Below are positions 38,058-47,141 of a DNA stretch of 64,000 nucleotides, piece by piece. Within the stretch, counting starts at the first letter, position 1. Every line of letters begins with the position of its first letter. Location: NCBI GenBank assembly GCA_963714085.1, contig OY970229.1, forward strand, positions 128,001-192,000, written 5' to 3'. A program made the position numbers and the translations under genes. This stretch comes from an uncultured Candidatus Micrarchaeota archaeon (lineage in GTDB: Archaea > Micrarchaeota > Micrarchaeia > Anstonellales > Bilamarchaeaceae). The notes beneath the pieces were generated by a model. That model ran no database searches. It saw only the letters and a list, made by a program, of their open reading frames with translations, and was not told where the DNA came from.

Positions 38058-38339
38058 CTATTCCAGGGCCCTTTTCACCACGCGCGCTATGTCCGATGCG
38101 GTCGCGCCCTCAAGCACGGCGTGGTGCTCAAGAAGAGTCTCTAAAATCAGGTCCGCGATTCCTTGTTCGGCGCTGTCCGCCTCCACGCCCACGAGGTTCC
38201 TCTCCACCTCGCGCATCGCCTCTGGCGGGCGGAGCGAGAAGTCGCCGCTTATCTCTATCTTCTCTATGAAGTCGTGGTGCTCAACCTTCACGCGCACGAG
38301 CCTTCCGCTATGCAGCATCTCCTCTGCCCTGCCCCTCAT
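38058..38339 (-). CDS. Lipoate-protein ligase C-terminal domain-like protein (LplB-like)
   Basis: GRLVRV...IEKIEISGDF...P.E..E.E..L.G; ATGA overlap with the hydrogenase gene. Confidence 0.7.
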   Translation of the reverse strand: MRGRAEEMLHSGRLVRVKVEHHDFIEKIEISGDFSLRPPEAMREVERNLVGVEADSAEQGIADLILETLLEHHAVLEGATASDIARVVKRALE

Positions 38340-39634
38340 CTCCATTTCACCTTCAGGAAATGCGTGGCGCAGGACATGCACGGGTCGAACGCCCGGATGA
38401 GGGTCTCGACCTCTTTCTGTATGCCGTCCGGTGTTTCGCCCTCGGTGACCCTCTGCTGGACCAGCCTGCCCACGGCCTTTTCCATGAGCACCTGGTTCTG
38501 GGCGGTCGGTATGACGAGGTTGGCGTACGTGAAGTTACCGGCCTTGTCCAGCCTGCCGTGGTAGTACAGGGTCCCCCTGGGCGCCTCCATGACCCCCACG
38601 CCCTCGGACTCCTTGGGCGTTATGCTCATGACAGGCTCCTGCCTGAAGTCGCAGCTTTCCAGCAGCTCTATGGAGGAGTCTATGCAGTGGACGATCTCGA
38701 TCGCCTGGGCGAGGTTGTTATGGTAGATATTGAAGGAGGGGAAGAGCTTGTGCTCGGAGAGGTCCTTGCGCGTCTTTTTGTTCATGGCCGTGCCGTTGAT
38801 GTTCATCCTCGCGAGCGCGCCGACCATGTAGGGCGTGCCCTGGAACCTGAAGCCGGAAGCCTGGGAGTACGGGATCACGCTCTCCTTGAAGAACCTCTCG
38901 AACCCGTGCTCCGGGATGCAGAAGCCCTTGGAGTGCGTGCATATCCCGTCGCCCATGTAGCTGTAGGTCTCGTTGACGTTCGCCACGAAGTCTATGTCCG
39001 GCATCCCGAAGCTGAAGTCCTTCTCCGCGAAGAGATGCACGAACTCCACCGCGCCCTCCCTCACCGCCTTGAGCTCGGACACTATGCCCTTCGCCTTATC
39101 CTTGGACGGGACGTGGAGGAAATGGCCCACGGCGGGGAACGGGGGGTGCACGGTCCTGCCCCCTATCTCGGACGAGAGCGAGTTGCCCGCCTGCTTTATC
39201 GCGAGCGCGCTATGGAGCAGCTCGTGCTCGGGCCCGGAGTCCGCGAATTCCAGCACGGAGTCCTTCCCGAACAGGTCCGGGAGCACGAAGAGGAAGAGGT
39301 GCATCGCATGGTCCCGGATGTTCACGCCGTGGAGCGTGAGGTCGCGCAGCATCCTGGTCTGCTCGGTCGGCTCGAATCCGAACGCGTGCTCTATGCATTT
39401 TATCGAGCACAGAAGATGCGCGGCCGAGCAGGTGCCGCATATCCTCGAGACGAGCTGGGGCACAGCGGCGTAGTTCTTGCCGCGGACCGCGAGCTCGAAG
39501 AAGCGCCTGTTCTCGAATATCTCGAGCTTGACGTCCTTGACCTCGCCCTTCCTCACCTTGAGCTCCAATGAAGCGTGGCCCTCTATCTTGCTCATGTCCG
39601 CGATGTTTATGTCGAAATCCTCCTGGTGCATCAT
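38336..39634 (-). CDS. hydA: [NiFe] hydrogenase large subunit, group 3b-like
   Basis: KIEGH, L1 RICGTC, EAPRGTLY, PTAQN, L2 DPCMSCATH plus short C-terminal extension. Confidence 0.92.
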   Translation of the reverse strand: MMHQEDFDINIADMSKIEGHASLELKVRKGEVKDVKLEIFENRRFFELAVRGKNYAAVPQLVSRICGTCSAAHLLCSIKCIEHAFGFEPTEQTRMLRDLTLHGVNIRDHAMHLFLFVLPDLFGKDSVLEFADSGPEHELLHSALAIKQAGNSLSSEIGGRTVHPPFPAVGHFLHVPSKDKAKGIVSELKAVREGAVEFVHLFAEKDFSFGMPDIDFVANVNETYSYMGDGICTHSKGFCIPEHGFERFFKESVIPYSQASGFRFQGTPYMVGALARMNINGTAMNKKTRKDLSEHKLFPSFNIYHNNLAQAIEIVHCIDSSIELLESCDFRQEPVMSITPKESEGVGVMEAPRGTLYYHGRLDKAGNFTYANLVIPTAQNQVLMEKAVGRLVQQRVTEGETPDGIQKEVETLIRAFDPCMSCATHFLKVKWR

Positions 39635-40113
39635 CCCACTCCGAATTCAGCGATGTATCGCTCCAATAGCGCTACGAACTGCGTCGGAGCCATGGGGCAG
39701 CCGGGCAGGGAGTCGTCCACCTTCACTATCGCGCTCAGCGGGACTATCTTGTCGCGCAGATGGTGCTTCTCGAGGAACGGCCTTATCGTGCCGAGCATCA
39801 GCGGGGTGAAGGAGTTGCGCTGCCCTGCCGGGAGCCCGGTGCACGCGCACGCTCCCATCGCGACCAGCTTCTTCGACCGCTTGCGTATGTCTTTGAGCTC
39901 GTCCTCCTCCTTTTCCGTGGATATCGCGCCCTCTATGAACGCGACGTCGAACTCGCCGTGCTTGTTGTCGGTCTTGAGCTGGCGGCAGTGCTTGAACTCG
40001 ATCTTATCCTTCCACTCGAAATAGTACTGGTTCAGGAGCTCCACGAAGAGTATGGTGTTGTCCTCGGAGCAGGTGAACGTGAACCAGCCCACGGCCAGCT
40101 TCCTCTTTGCCAT
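39631..40113 (-). CDS. [NiFe] hydrogenase small subunit, proximal-cluster domain only
   Basis: TCSED, FIEGAI, AMGACAC, LPGCP; 160 aa. Confidence 0.88.
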   Translation of the reverse strand: MAKRKLAVGWFTFTCSEDNTILFVELLNQYYFEWKDKIEFKHCRQLKTDNKHGEFDVAFIEGAISTEKEEDELKDIRKRSKKLVAMGACACTGLPAGQRNSFTPLMLGTIRPFLEKHHLRDKIVPLSAIVKVDDSLPGCPMAPTQFVALLERYIAEFGVG

Positions 40114-40165
40114 GCGTCCTTATTCCATATCAGGTTAAAATAGATTACCTAATACGAACCCTTTG

Positions 40166-40558
40166 ATGGAAAAAATCCTGGTGTTCGGGAACCCGCTCGT
40201 GGAGGGGGATTCGCTCCCGCTCCGGCTGCTGCCCAGCTTGAAAAAGGCCTTTCCGGGGATAGAGTTCGTGGAGTTCGACGCTGTGGAGGACCTGGAGAAG
40301 GCCGGTGAGGAGATAACCCTGCTGGACACCGTGCAGGGGATAGGAGAGGTGACGGTCTTCCACGGGATGGATTCCTTCTCCCAGAGCCCGCGCTTCAGCA
40401 TGCACGATTTCGACCTGCCGGTCTATCTCAGGCTGCTCACGAAGATGGGCATGGTGAAGAAGGTCACTATAATAGGAGTACCGGAAACAGGGAAAGAGGA
40501 CACGCTGAGACAAGCCGAGGAAGCGATATCGGGGCTGTTGGATGGAGAAGCTGATTGA
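40166..40558 (+). CDS. Hydrogenase maturation protease
   Basis: VFGNPLVEGD, LLDTV, SMHD. Confidence 0.85.
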   Translation: MEKILVFGNPLVEGDSLPLRLLPSLKKAFPGIEFVEFDAVEDLEKAGEEITLLDTVQGIGEVTVFHGMDSFSQSPRFSMHDFDLPVYLRLLTKMGMVKKVTIIGVPETGKEDTLRQAEEAISGLLDGEAD

Positions 40559-41189
40559 AATAAACGGCCGGATATACTCCGTCATACGGGTCACGTCCAC
40601 GAACAGGAACGCGATAGCCAGGCTCAAGGACGACAGGATAATCATCAGCGTCCCGCGCAGGTGGCCCCAGGGCGAGGCGGACGCGGTGGCTGGAAGGCTG
40701 GAGGCCCGCGCGATAAAGAGCATCTCCAAAGGGAGATGGGGCAGCCGCAGTATGAGGGGGCTGGAGTTCCAGCCTGGCCAGGAGCTGGAGATCCTCGGGA
40801 GAAGATTCAGGATAACTGGGAATTCCAAGCCGGAGAGGATACGCAAGGGAATAGCCAGGCGCGTGCTTCCGGACCTGGAAGCCAGGATAAGGATGATAAA
40901 CGAGGCGCATTTCAGGGCCGAGATAAGGCGCGTGTCGCTCCGGGACAACAGCAGCCGATGGGGCAGCTACTCCACCAAGGGCACGGTGAACCTGAATTTC
41001 AGGCTGCTCTTCGCGCCTCCGGAAATATTGGAATATGTGATAGTCCACGAGCTGGCGCACAGCAGATACCGCGGCCACGGGCCCAGGTTCTGGGGCGTGG
41101 TGGAGAAGCTGGTCCCGGATTACAAGGAGAAACGGAAGTGGCTCAGGGAGAACGGGCACACGCTGGGAACCGGACCATCTTTCCAGTGA
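40542..41189 (+). CDS. YgjP/DUF45 (M48-like) metal-dependent hydrolase
   Basis: SRWGSYS, EYVIVHELAH, HGPRFW. Confidence 0.9.
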   Translation: MEKLIEINGRIYSVIRVTSTNRNAIARLKDDRIIISVPRRWPQGEADAVAGRLEARAIKSISKGRWGSRSMRGLEFQPGQELEILGRRFRITGNSKPERIRKGIARRVLPDLEARIRMINEAHFRAEIRRVSLRDNSSRWGSYSTKGTVNLNFRLLFAPPEILEYVIVHELAHSRYRGHGPRFWGVVEKLVPDYKEKRKWLRENGHTLGTGPSFQ

Positions 41190-41204
41190 TTGGGGATTTG
41201 AACC
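41172..41204 (+). repeat. 33-bp perfect direct repeat, copy 1 (contains the stop codon of the M48-like gene)
   Basis: GGACCATCTTTCCAGTGATTGGGGATTTGAACC, identical to 42310-42342. Confidence 0.97.
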
Positions 41205-41332
41205 TCCATAAATATCCAGTGTCTGCATTCAGCATTTGTGATATTCAAAGTTATTCTTCGTCAAATGTCATATTTGTCGCTTGAAATGGATAAAAACGAT
41301 AAATTTAAATACTGTTTTTATGTAATATATTT

Positions 41333-42247
41333 ATGGAGCATGCGCAGCCCAAAAACCGTAAACTTGAATTACGGCTTAAAGAAGGATTTCTTTCACCTAA
41401 TGTAAGAAGAGAACTCAAAGGACCCATTTCATGCATTACTACTATGAAGCCTATTGTTGAAGTTACATTTAATAGAAAGCCACCTGTTTTTGGAGCGATT
41501 GATAATACTAGACCCCGGCAGATTGTCGGTCCTAGCCAAAAACTTGAAACTCTTAAAACAATGGCAATGGCATTGAGGACATTTGGTGAAAAAGTTCGCA
41601 TAGCTGAATTAGTTGATATGGTAAGAAAAAACCTGGTCTATCCGTACCCTGGTTCTGGCTTAGAGGCCCGATTTGATGCTTTGGAAAATGATGCCAAACA
41701 AGATGATGATAAACGACTTTCATTGGGGAAAGGAGTGCGATCTGAAAATCTGTCCGTTTTTGTAGATGCTGGAATTGGCAAATGCAGGCATTTTGCTGCA
41801 CTTTATGGGATTCTTGGCGCTTCGGCTAATTTAGACGTAGAACTTTTAGGCGGAATTGTAAGAAATTTCAATAGACCTGACACTAAATTACCTGCTTTCA
41901 AATCAATCCCCTTGGGCGTACAAGTTGAGCATGCTTTCAATGAAGTTCATTTAAATGGCGAAAGGATTCCTGTTGATCCTACGGCAAACATGGTTTGTTT
42001 TGACGATTCATCAAAAGCAGTGCACTACGAAAATTATGGTGTATGCCAGTTCAAAGACGACGAGGTCTCAATCCATGCATCAGATAGAGTTTTGAGCATG
42101 ACACAGCAATTTAATCTTACACGAAGTGGTTTGATAGTAAGGATTAGTGTAGCTGGGGAACCCAAAGCCCCATTGACTGCTTCTTTTGATATGGAAATTC
42201 AAAGCGCTAAACCTATAGTTGAAGGAGTCGAAATCCAAGTTTCATGA
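41333..42247 (+). CDS. Transglutaminase-like (Cys-His-Asp) protein on an AT-rich insert
   Basis: GKCRHFA, EHAFNEV, PVDPT; visibly much lower GC than the flanks. Confidence 0.8.
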   Translation: MEHAQPKNRKLELRLKEGFLSPNVRRELKGPISCITTMKPIVEVTFNRKPPVFGAIDNTRPRQIVGPSQKLETLKTMAMALRTFGEKVRIAELVDMVRKNLVYPYPGSGLEARFDALENDAKQDDDKRLSLGKGVRSENLSVFVDAGIGKCRHFAALYGILGASANLDVELLGGIVRNFNRPDTKLPAFKSIPLGVQVEHAFNEVHLNGERIPVDPTANMVCFDDSSKAVHYENYGVCQFKDDEVSIHASDRVLSMTQQFNLTRSGLIVRISVAGEPKAPLTASFDMEIQSAKPIVEGVEIQVS

Positions 42248-42309
42248 TTCATTCTTTCGCTCCGTTTCAGCTGCCTAGTAGCCTAATCCGTATAAAGACT
42301 GTTTCGGGT

Positions 42310-42342
42310 GGACCATCTTTCCAGTGATTGGGGATTTGAACC
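42310..42342 (+). repeat. 33-bp perfect direct repeat, copy 2
   Basis: Identical to 41172-41204. Confidence 0.97.
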
Positions 42343-42398
42343 CGAATTCGGTATAATGTCGCTTTTTAAGTATTAATGCGAAGGTTTAAATAAAGCGA

Positions 42399-43052
42399 AT
42401 GGGCAATGATATCATGGGAACGCCATCACTTAGGATGAAAAGCCTTGAGGATACCTGTAGAGATAGGCCCAGGGACAGGCTAACGGTGTATAAGCTGCCT
42501 GCTGAAAAATTGAATCTGCTAGGGACCGAGCTTAGATGCAGACTTGGCCCTACCGAAGCCGGAAATCTCCTTCGCGCTCTTTGCGAGGAAGACGATGCTA
42601 CGTTGGGGATGATCGGCGTCTCTCATGAAACGTTATCTGAACGATTGAAATCCCGGATACTGAATCCGAAAGCTACGGATAGAATCGATTTAAGCAGAGG
42701 CATCGAACACTGCCCATTCGGCAATGCGGGCTCATGCGACGTTCCTGAGCTATCTTCTGCAACGATCGCCCTCGTCAAAGTAGAATTGGATGCCGCACTG
42801 CGGTTTTCGCATCTGTTGGTCCATTTGGTCGCTGGGCACGGTTTTTTCGGATTTCCGGAACCGTCCTACACCGGCGTACCGGTCAGTACGTCCCGTGCGT
42901 GGCCCTTGGATCTCGCGCTCATGCTGGATTTGATTGACTCGGAGAAGCATGCGAGGGTAATTTCACAAGTCTATGGAGACGCGCTTACATGGAAAAGCCG
43001 ATTTTGGCCGGTTCGCGAGCTGGGACCAGGTCCTACTAGCGACTATAGATAG
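42399..43052 (+). CDS. Hypothetical protein
   Basis: 217-aa ORF; CPF and H-rich HLLVHLVAGHGFF segment; intermediate GC. Confidence 0.6.
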   Translation: MGNDIMGTPSLRMKSLEDTCRDRPRDRLTVYKLPAEKLNLLGTELRCRLGPTEAGNLLRALCEEDDATLGMIGVSHETLSERLKSRILNPKATDRIDLSRGIEHCPFGNAGSCDVPELSSATIALVKVELDAALRFSHLLVHLVAGHGFFGFPEPSYTGVPVSTSRAWPLDLALMLDLIDSEKHARVISQVYGDALTWKSRFWPVRELGPGPTSDYR

Positions 43053-43231
43053 AGTTGATTACTCCATCCGATCCATGCGAACAGAAGACATCGCATTTCA
43101 ATTCTTTTTAGGCCGATCCAAGCATTCTCTTCCTGGAACTGCTTTTCCTAGCCCTTGACGGAAATGGATTGGCGCCGATGCGCCCGCCCTATTGAAAAAG
43201 TTTTTTAAACGTTAACTAGGAAATCCGCTAT

Positions 43232-43290
43232 GGCGATGAAGCTCACCAGGCACTAGACCGAACCGCCCTCACCGGGCTGATGGCTTCTAC
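43232..43290 (+). promoter_or_regulatory. Fluoride (crcB-motif) riboswitch aptamer
   Basis: GGCGATGAAGCTCACC...AACCGC...GCTGATGGCTTCTAC follows the consensus GGCGAUGnnGUUCGCC...AACCGC...GCUGAUGnCnnCUAC; GAAGC/GCTTC pseudoknot; BRE/TATA GAAAAAG-TTTTTTAAA about 25-30 bp upstream; one C-A mismatch in P1. Confidence 0.82.
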
Positions 43291-43309
43291 TTCCAGAGGG
43301 ACAGATGCT

Positions 43310-43462
43310 ATGAACGTTGAAGACGCAAGGGTATGCACGACATGCCTCATGAACACCGGAATGAACATTTTGTTGGCCAAGAAAGACGACGTGTTCGTAT
43401 GCCCCAAGAATCCTGCGCACAGGTTCAGGCTGGGAAAAGACGGCTACCTGAGATCGATTTAG
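43310..43462 (+). CDS. 50-aa putative zinc-ribbon microprotein
   Basis: CTTC...CPKNPAH; ATG 19 nt after the aptamer. Confidence 0.7.
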   Translation: MNVEDARVCTTCLMNTGMNILLAKKDDVFVCPKNPAHRFRLGKDGYLRSI

Positions 43463-43479
43463 CATTCGTATTCGAAGAC

Positions 43480-43908
43480 GGTTTCCATGGACGCGGCTTG
43501 AGCCTCGGCGCGTCAATCGCTCTGGACGACCGGAAAACAAAAGATTAGCGTCTTTCACTCGTCGTCCTTAACCGGAGCAAGCTGCGGCTTGCAATTAAGC
43601 CTAAGGAAAGATTCGTCATACCCTGAGACGAGCGAAAAAAGAGATGCCTTGATTCCGTCAAACAATCGGATCCGCATGACTCCCTTTAGCCGGACCTTGT
43701 ATATAATGCCGCGTTTTCACGTCGGAGAGTTCCGGAAGGCCTGAAACGATGGCTTTGCACAGGAAAAACCGCGAAACGTGTCCCCAAACCATAGGAAACC
43801 CCGGCCTGCGGATGACGCTGACCCTAATCGCCGGTTTTTGGGTTAGGGCGCGCGCAGCGGAAAGAACGGTGTCAGAAAGAGGACTGACACGCTGAAGCAA
43901 AGCGTTTT
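43480..43908 (+). ncRNA. Candidate large structured non-coding RNA, family not recognised
   Basis: No credible ORF; long-range pairing 43480-43490 with 43789-43800 plus several local hairpins with A-rich linkers. Confidence 0.5.
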
Positions 43909-43918
43909 ATAACCTAGT

Positions 43919-44785
43919 ATGGAAAATCAGCTCATGCGGACTCTCATCCTATTGTGCGTACTTGGAATCTTCGCGGTTTTCCTGGCCGGCTGCACGCAGG
44001 CCCCGACCACGTCCCCGCCGCCACAGACGCAGCACCTGTGCAGCGACGGCACCACGATAGTCACGGATATGAGCCAGTGCCCGCAGGTGGACAGCGAGAT
44101 GCTCCAATGCCAGAAGGAGTCCACGGCCGAGGATTCCAACGGCGACAGCCCGCACAGCACGTGCCTCTTCAACCTCGCAGTGGAGCGCAACAACGTCTCT
44201 CTCTGCAAGGAGATATACACCAGCCAGCCGGACTACGCGCAGTACAGCCCGGCCAAATGCGGTGCGCATATCGCGGACAGCATGAACGACCCGACCGTCT
44301 GCGACCAGCTCGGCCTCACGTCGAGCTCGGAATGCTACAGCCAGCTGGCCACCTCGGCCCAGGACCCGACCATCTGCGAGTCCATAAAAACCAGCACGCT
44401 GAGGGACAACTGCATCTACAGCTATGTGCTCGACAATTCGTATGAGATAAGCGACTGGAGCGTCTGCGACAAGCTGACCCCGGCCAGCTCTGACGCGGAC
44501 TACTGCTATTACACCGCGGCGACGAGCAGCGAGAACTCGAAGTACTGCGACAAGATGTCAGGGAGCTCGATCGCGTATACGACCGCGGACTGCTACGGGG
44601 ACGTGGCCTACGGCACGAGCACCCCGACTCTGTGCGGCTCGCTTTCCAAACAGAGCGACAAGGACGAATGCTACTATGACTACGCAACCAGCGCGTACAA
44701 TACGAGCATGTGCAACTACATCTCGAGCCCGACGAAGAAGACCGACTGCATGATGTACGCCAATTATACCGATAGCTACTATTGA
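43919..44785 (+). CDS. Cys-rich repeat lipoprotein
   Basis: Lipobox LAGC; about 7 repeats of CY..(A)....(D)...C..L/I. Confidence 0.8.
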   Translation: MENQLMRTLILLCVLGIFAVFLAGCTQAPTTSPPPQTQHLCSDGTTIVTDMSQCPQVDSEMLQCQKESTAEDSNGDSPHSTCLFNLAVERNNVSLCKEIYTSQPDYAQYSPAKCGAHIADSMNDPTVCDQLGLTSSSECYSQLATSAQDPTICESIKTSTLRDNCIYSYVLDNSYEISDWSVCDKLTPASSDADYCYYTAATSSENSKYCDKMSGSSIAYTTADCYGDVAYGTSTPTLCGSLSKQSDKDECYYDYATSAYNTSMCNYISSPTKKTDCMMYANYTDSYY

Positions 44786-44787
44786 GG

Positions 44788-45477
44788 CTACCAGACGTAG
44801 GGGACCAGCCGGTACCTGGTCCTCTGGCAATACTCTTCGTATCCTTTTAGCTCCTTCTGCAGCGTCCCATCCTCCATGTAAGTGCGGACTACGAACAATG
44901 CGGACGCGCACAGCGCGGGGATGATTCCATAGAGCGAGCCGAACGCAAGCGGGATGCATATGTAGAAGACGATCGCGCCCACGTACATCGGATGCCGCAC
45001 GAACCCGTAGGGGCCTGTGGACACCACGGTCTGGCCCTTCGTGACCTGGACCATCCTCCGGGCGAACGCGTTCTCCCTCATCACGAAGGACGCGAGCACG
45101 AACGCGAGCGCCAGGCCCGCGAAGCCGAGCGCCTCGATTTGAAGCGGCAGCCTGGGCCAGTGGAAGCGCAGCCCGAGCCCGGAGATTACGAATATGGCTA
45201 TGAAAAGCGCTCCTATGAGGGACATTACCGCCATGTCCCAGCCCCTGGCGGACCACCCTTTCATGCCGACGCGTTCCTCGAGAAGGCCAGGATTATTTTT
45301 CAGCAGCCATGCCCCTATCACGAGCGAGAAGACGGCGTACAATCCGAGGAACGCCCATCCCTCGGGCCAGTTCAGGGTGCCTGCGGGCGCGAACACGAGG
45401 ATTGCGAAAAAGAGGAGGAAAAGCACCCAGCGGGCCAGGATGCCGGCAATCGGAACCTTCTTCGGCGATATGTCCAT
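44788..45477 (-). CDS. Isoprenylcysteine carboxyl methyltransferase (ICMT/PEMT) family membrane protein
   Basis: VVSTGPYGFVRHPMY, EDGTLQKEL.GY.EY, YRLVP. Confidence 0.9.
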   Translation of the reverse strand: MDISPKKVPIAGILARWVLFLLFFAILVFAPAGTLNWPEGWAFLGLYAVFSLVIGAWLLKNNPGLLEERVGMKGWSARGWDMAVMSLIGALFIAIFVISGLGLRFHWPRLPLQIEALGFAGLALAFVLASFVMRENAFARRMVQVTKGQTVVSTGPYGFVRHPMYVGAIVFYICIPLAFGSLYGIIPALCASALFVVRTYMEDGTLQKELKGYEEYCQRTRYRLVPYVW

Positions 45478-45545
45478 GTGGTTAGAATGCCAGCGAAGAA
45501 TAAAAATAGCGCGGACGCGCGGAGCCGTCCGCCATTAATACGATA

Positions 45546-45638
45546 AGCCAGGTGGAGGAGTTGAACCACCCTATGCCGCTTTGTGCCGCCCGGATGGGGC
45601 GACTGCAGGCGGCCGCATAGCCGATCTGCCAACCTGGC
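45546..45638 (-). tRNA. tRNA-Cys(GCA) with 22-nt intron (45581-45602)
   Basis: GCCAGGT/ACCTGGC acceptor, GCCGC/GCGGC anticodon stem, CT-GCA-G then intron with CGCCC/GGGCG hairpin (BHB-like), TTCAACT T-loop, U discriminator. Confidence 0.92.
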
Positions 45639-45699
45639 TTGTTGGGATGATTAGAAGGCATGAAAAGATTTAAATTGCATGGGCACGGGGGCCGGAAGC

Positions 45700-46173
45700 T
45701 CATGCCAGTTTGAGCGAGTTGTCCGCTGCCAGGTGGGAGAAGAAGCCGATGAAGCCGGCCAGCGCGTAGTACCTGCCGATGAAGACGTAGAGCAGGACCG
45801 TGAACCCGATGCACATCGCCAGGGAATGGACGACGCCCCTGTGCCTGGGCATCACGAAAACGACGAAGAGGAGGTACGCGCCGAGCAGGGCGAGGGCTAT
45901 CATGGCGATTGCGCCCAGCTGCCCCAGGCCCGGGATGCAGATGGTTCCGCTGCAGGAGGACGAATACGACAGGAAGAAGGCGGCGGCGACTGCGACCACG
46001 TCCATGACCTTCCTCCCCTTGCTCTGGCCGGTGTCGATGTCCGGAATCAGGGCAGAGAGCCCGGCGATTGCGGCCAGGGGCAGCAGCTGCAGAGGGCTGG
46101 TCACGCCTATGAGGAGATAGAAGAGCGCCAGGGACGCGACGATCCCGATGACCAGGTGGGATTTCCAGTCCAT
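45700..46173 (-). CDS. Membrane-bound metal-dependent hydrolase (YdjM/DUF457)
   Basis: SH..., PDID, HRGVVHS, SHLAAD. Confidence 0.88.
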   Translation of the reverse strand: MDWKSHLVIGIVASLALFYLLIGVTSPLQLLPLAAIAGLSALIPDIDTGQSKGRKVMDVVAVAAAFFLSYSSSCSGTICIPGLGQLGAIAMIALALLGAYLLFVVFVMPRHRGVVHSLAMCIGFTVLLYVFIGRYYALAGFIGFFSHLAADNSLKLA

Positions 46174-46212
46174 GATAAGGGATTGGAAAAGAAAGAATAA
46201 AAGAGAGGCGGG

Positions 46213-47070
46213 TCAGTGGACCTCGAAGCTCACTGAGACCGTGGTGCTTACCTCCACCTGGCCCGATGAGAGCTGGGTGGACACCGCGGCTCCCGGCGCC
46301 ATCGCGGACAGCATCGCCCCGCTGTTGTATACCGGCTGCGGGACGTAGTACGACTCGCTTGCCGAGCTCACGTTGCCCAGCGACACGCCGAGGCCCGTGG
46401 CTATGTTCTGCGCCTTGGCCTTGGCCTCCGCGGAGGCGTTCTCGAGCAGCGACTGCTCCACAGCCGCGCGGGTCGAGTCCTGGAGCGTGAACGACACCGA
46501 GTTCACAAGCGTCTGGTTCACTCCGGCGGTCGATGCCGCATCTATTATCTGGCCTCCCTTGTCAAGATGCTTCACGCTCAGGAGGAGCTCCTGGGTCGTG
46601 GTGTACCCGATCACAGTGGACTGGTACTGGCAGTTGCCGCTGGTCTTGTCGCACACGTAGCTGCTGTTGTAGTCCGGCTCCACGTTGTAGTACGTGGTCT
46701 GGATGTCCGAGCTCGTGAGGCCCTGGGCCTCCAGCTTGGTCATCAGGTCAGCCACCACTGCCGCGTTGTCCGACTGGGACTTCGCCGCGGTCGTGCCGTC
46801 CGTCTTGACGCTCATGTCTATGAGGAGCAGGTCCGGAGCTACGTTCTGCGTCGCCTCCGCGGACACGCTTATGGTGTGGTCCTCAGGGGTGCTCGACACG
46901 TATACGTTCGGGCTCGCGGGGTTCACGGTCACCTTGGGCGCGTAATCGCCCAAAGAGAGCAGATATGCTCCCCCAAGCATGCCTATCATCAGCAGGAACG
47001 CGCCGGCGATCATCATGCCGCGCCTAGGCGGGCCGCGCATCGGTGGTTCATCCTCATCATTCTTTGCCAT
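46213..47070 (-). CDS. SIMPL (DUF541) domain protein, second paralogue
   Basis: TISVSAEA...PD, DIQT...V.P.Y, AKAKAQNIA..LGV.LG. Confidence 0.88.
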   Translation of the reverse strand: MAKNDEDEPPMRGPPRRGMMIAGAFLLMIGMLGGAYLLSLGDYAPKVTVNPASPNVYVSSTPEDHTISVSAEATQNVAPDLLLIDMSVKTDGTTAAKSQSDNAAVVADLMTKLEAQGLTSSDIQTTYYNVEPDYNSSYVCDKTSGNCQYQSTVIGYTTTQELLLSVKHLDKGGQIIDAASTAGVNQTLVNSVSFTLQDSTRAAVEQSLLENASAEAKAKAQNIATGLGVSLGNVSSASESYYVPQPVYNSGAMLSAMAPGAAVSTQLSSGQVEVSTTVSVSFEVH

Positions 47071-47141
47071 ATTATCACCTGAGATGATAAAACAGGCAAA
47101 TAATAAGTAGTTTCGGTTTTGCTTCGGTGTAGACCGCGGGG

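Noticed and set aside
43480..43908. RNase P RNA or SRP RNA
   Set aside because: AAGGAAAG, GAGAGTTCCGG and AAACCCCGGC only loosely recall RNase P conserved regions, and their spacing and P4 pairing do not fit; no SRP helix 8 (CAGG...GGAA...AGCA) on either strand
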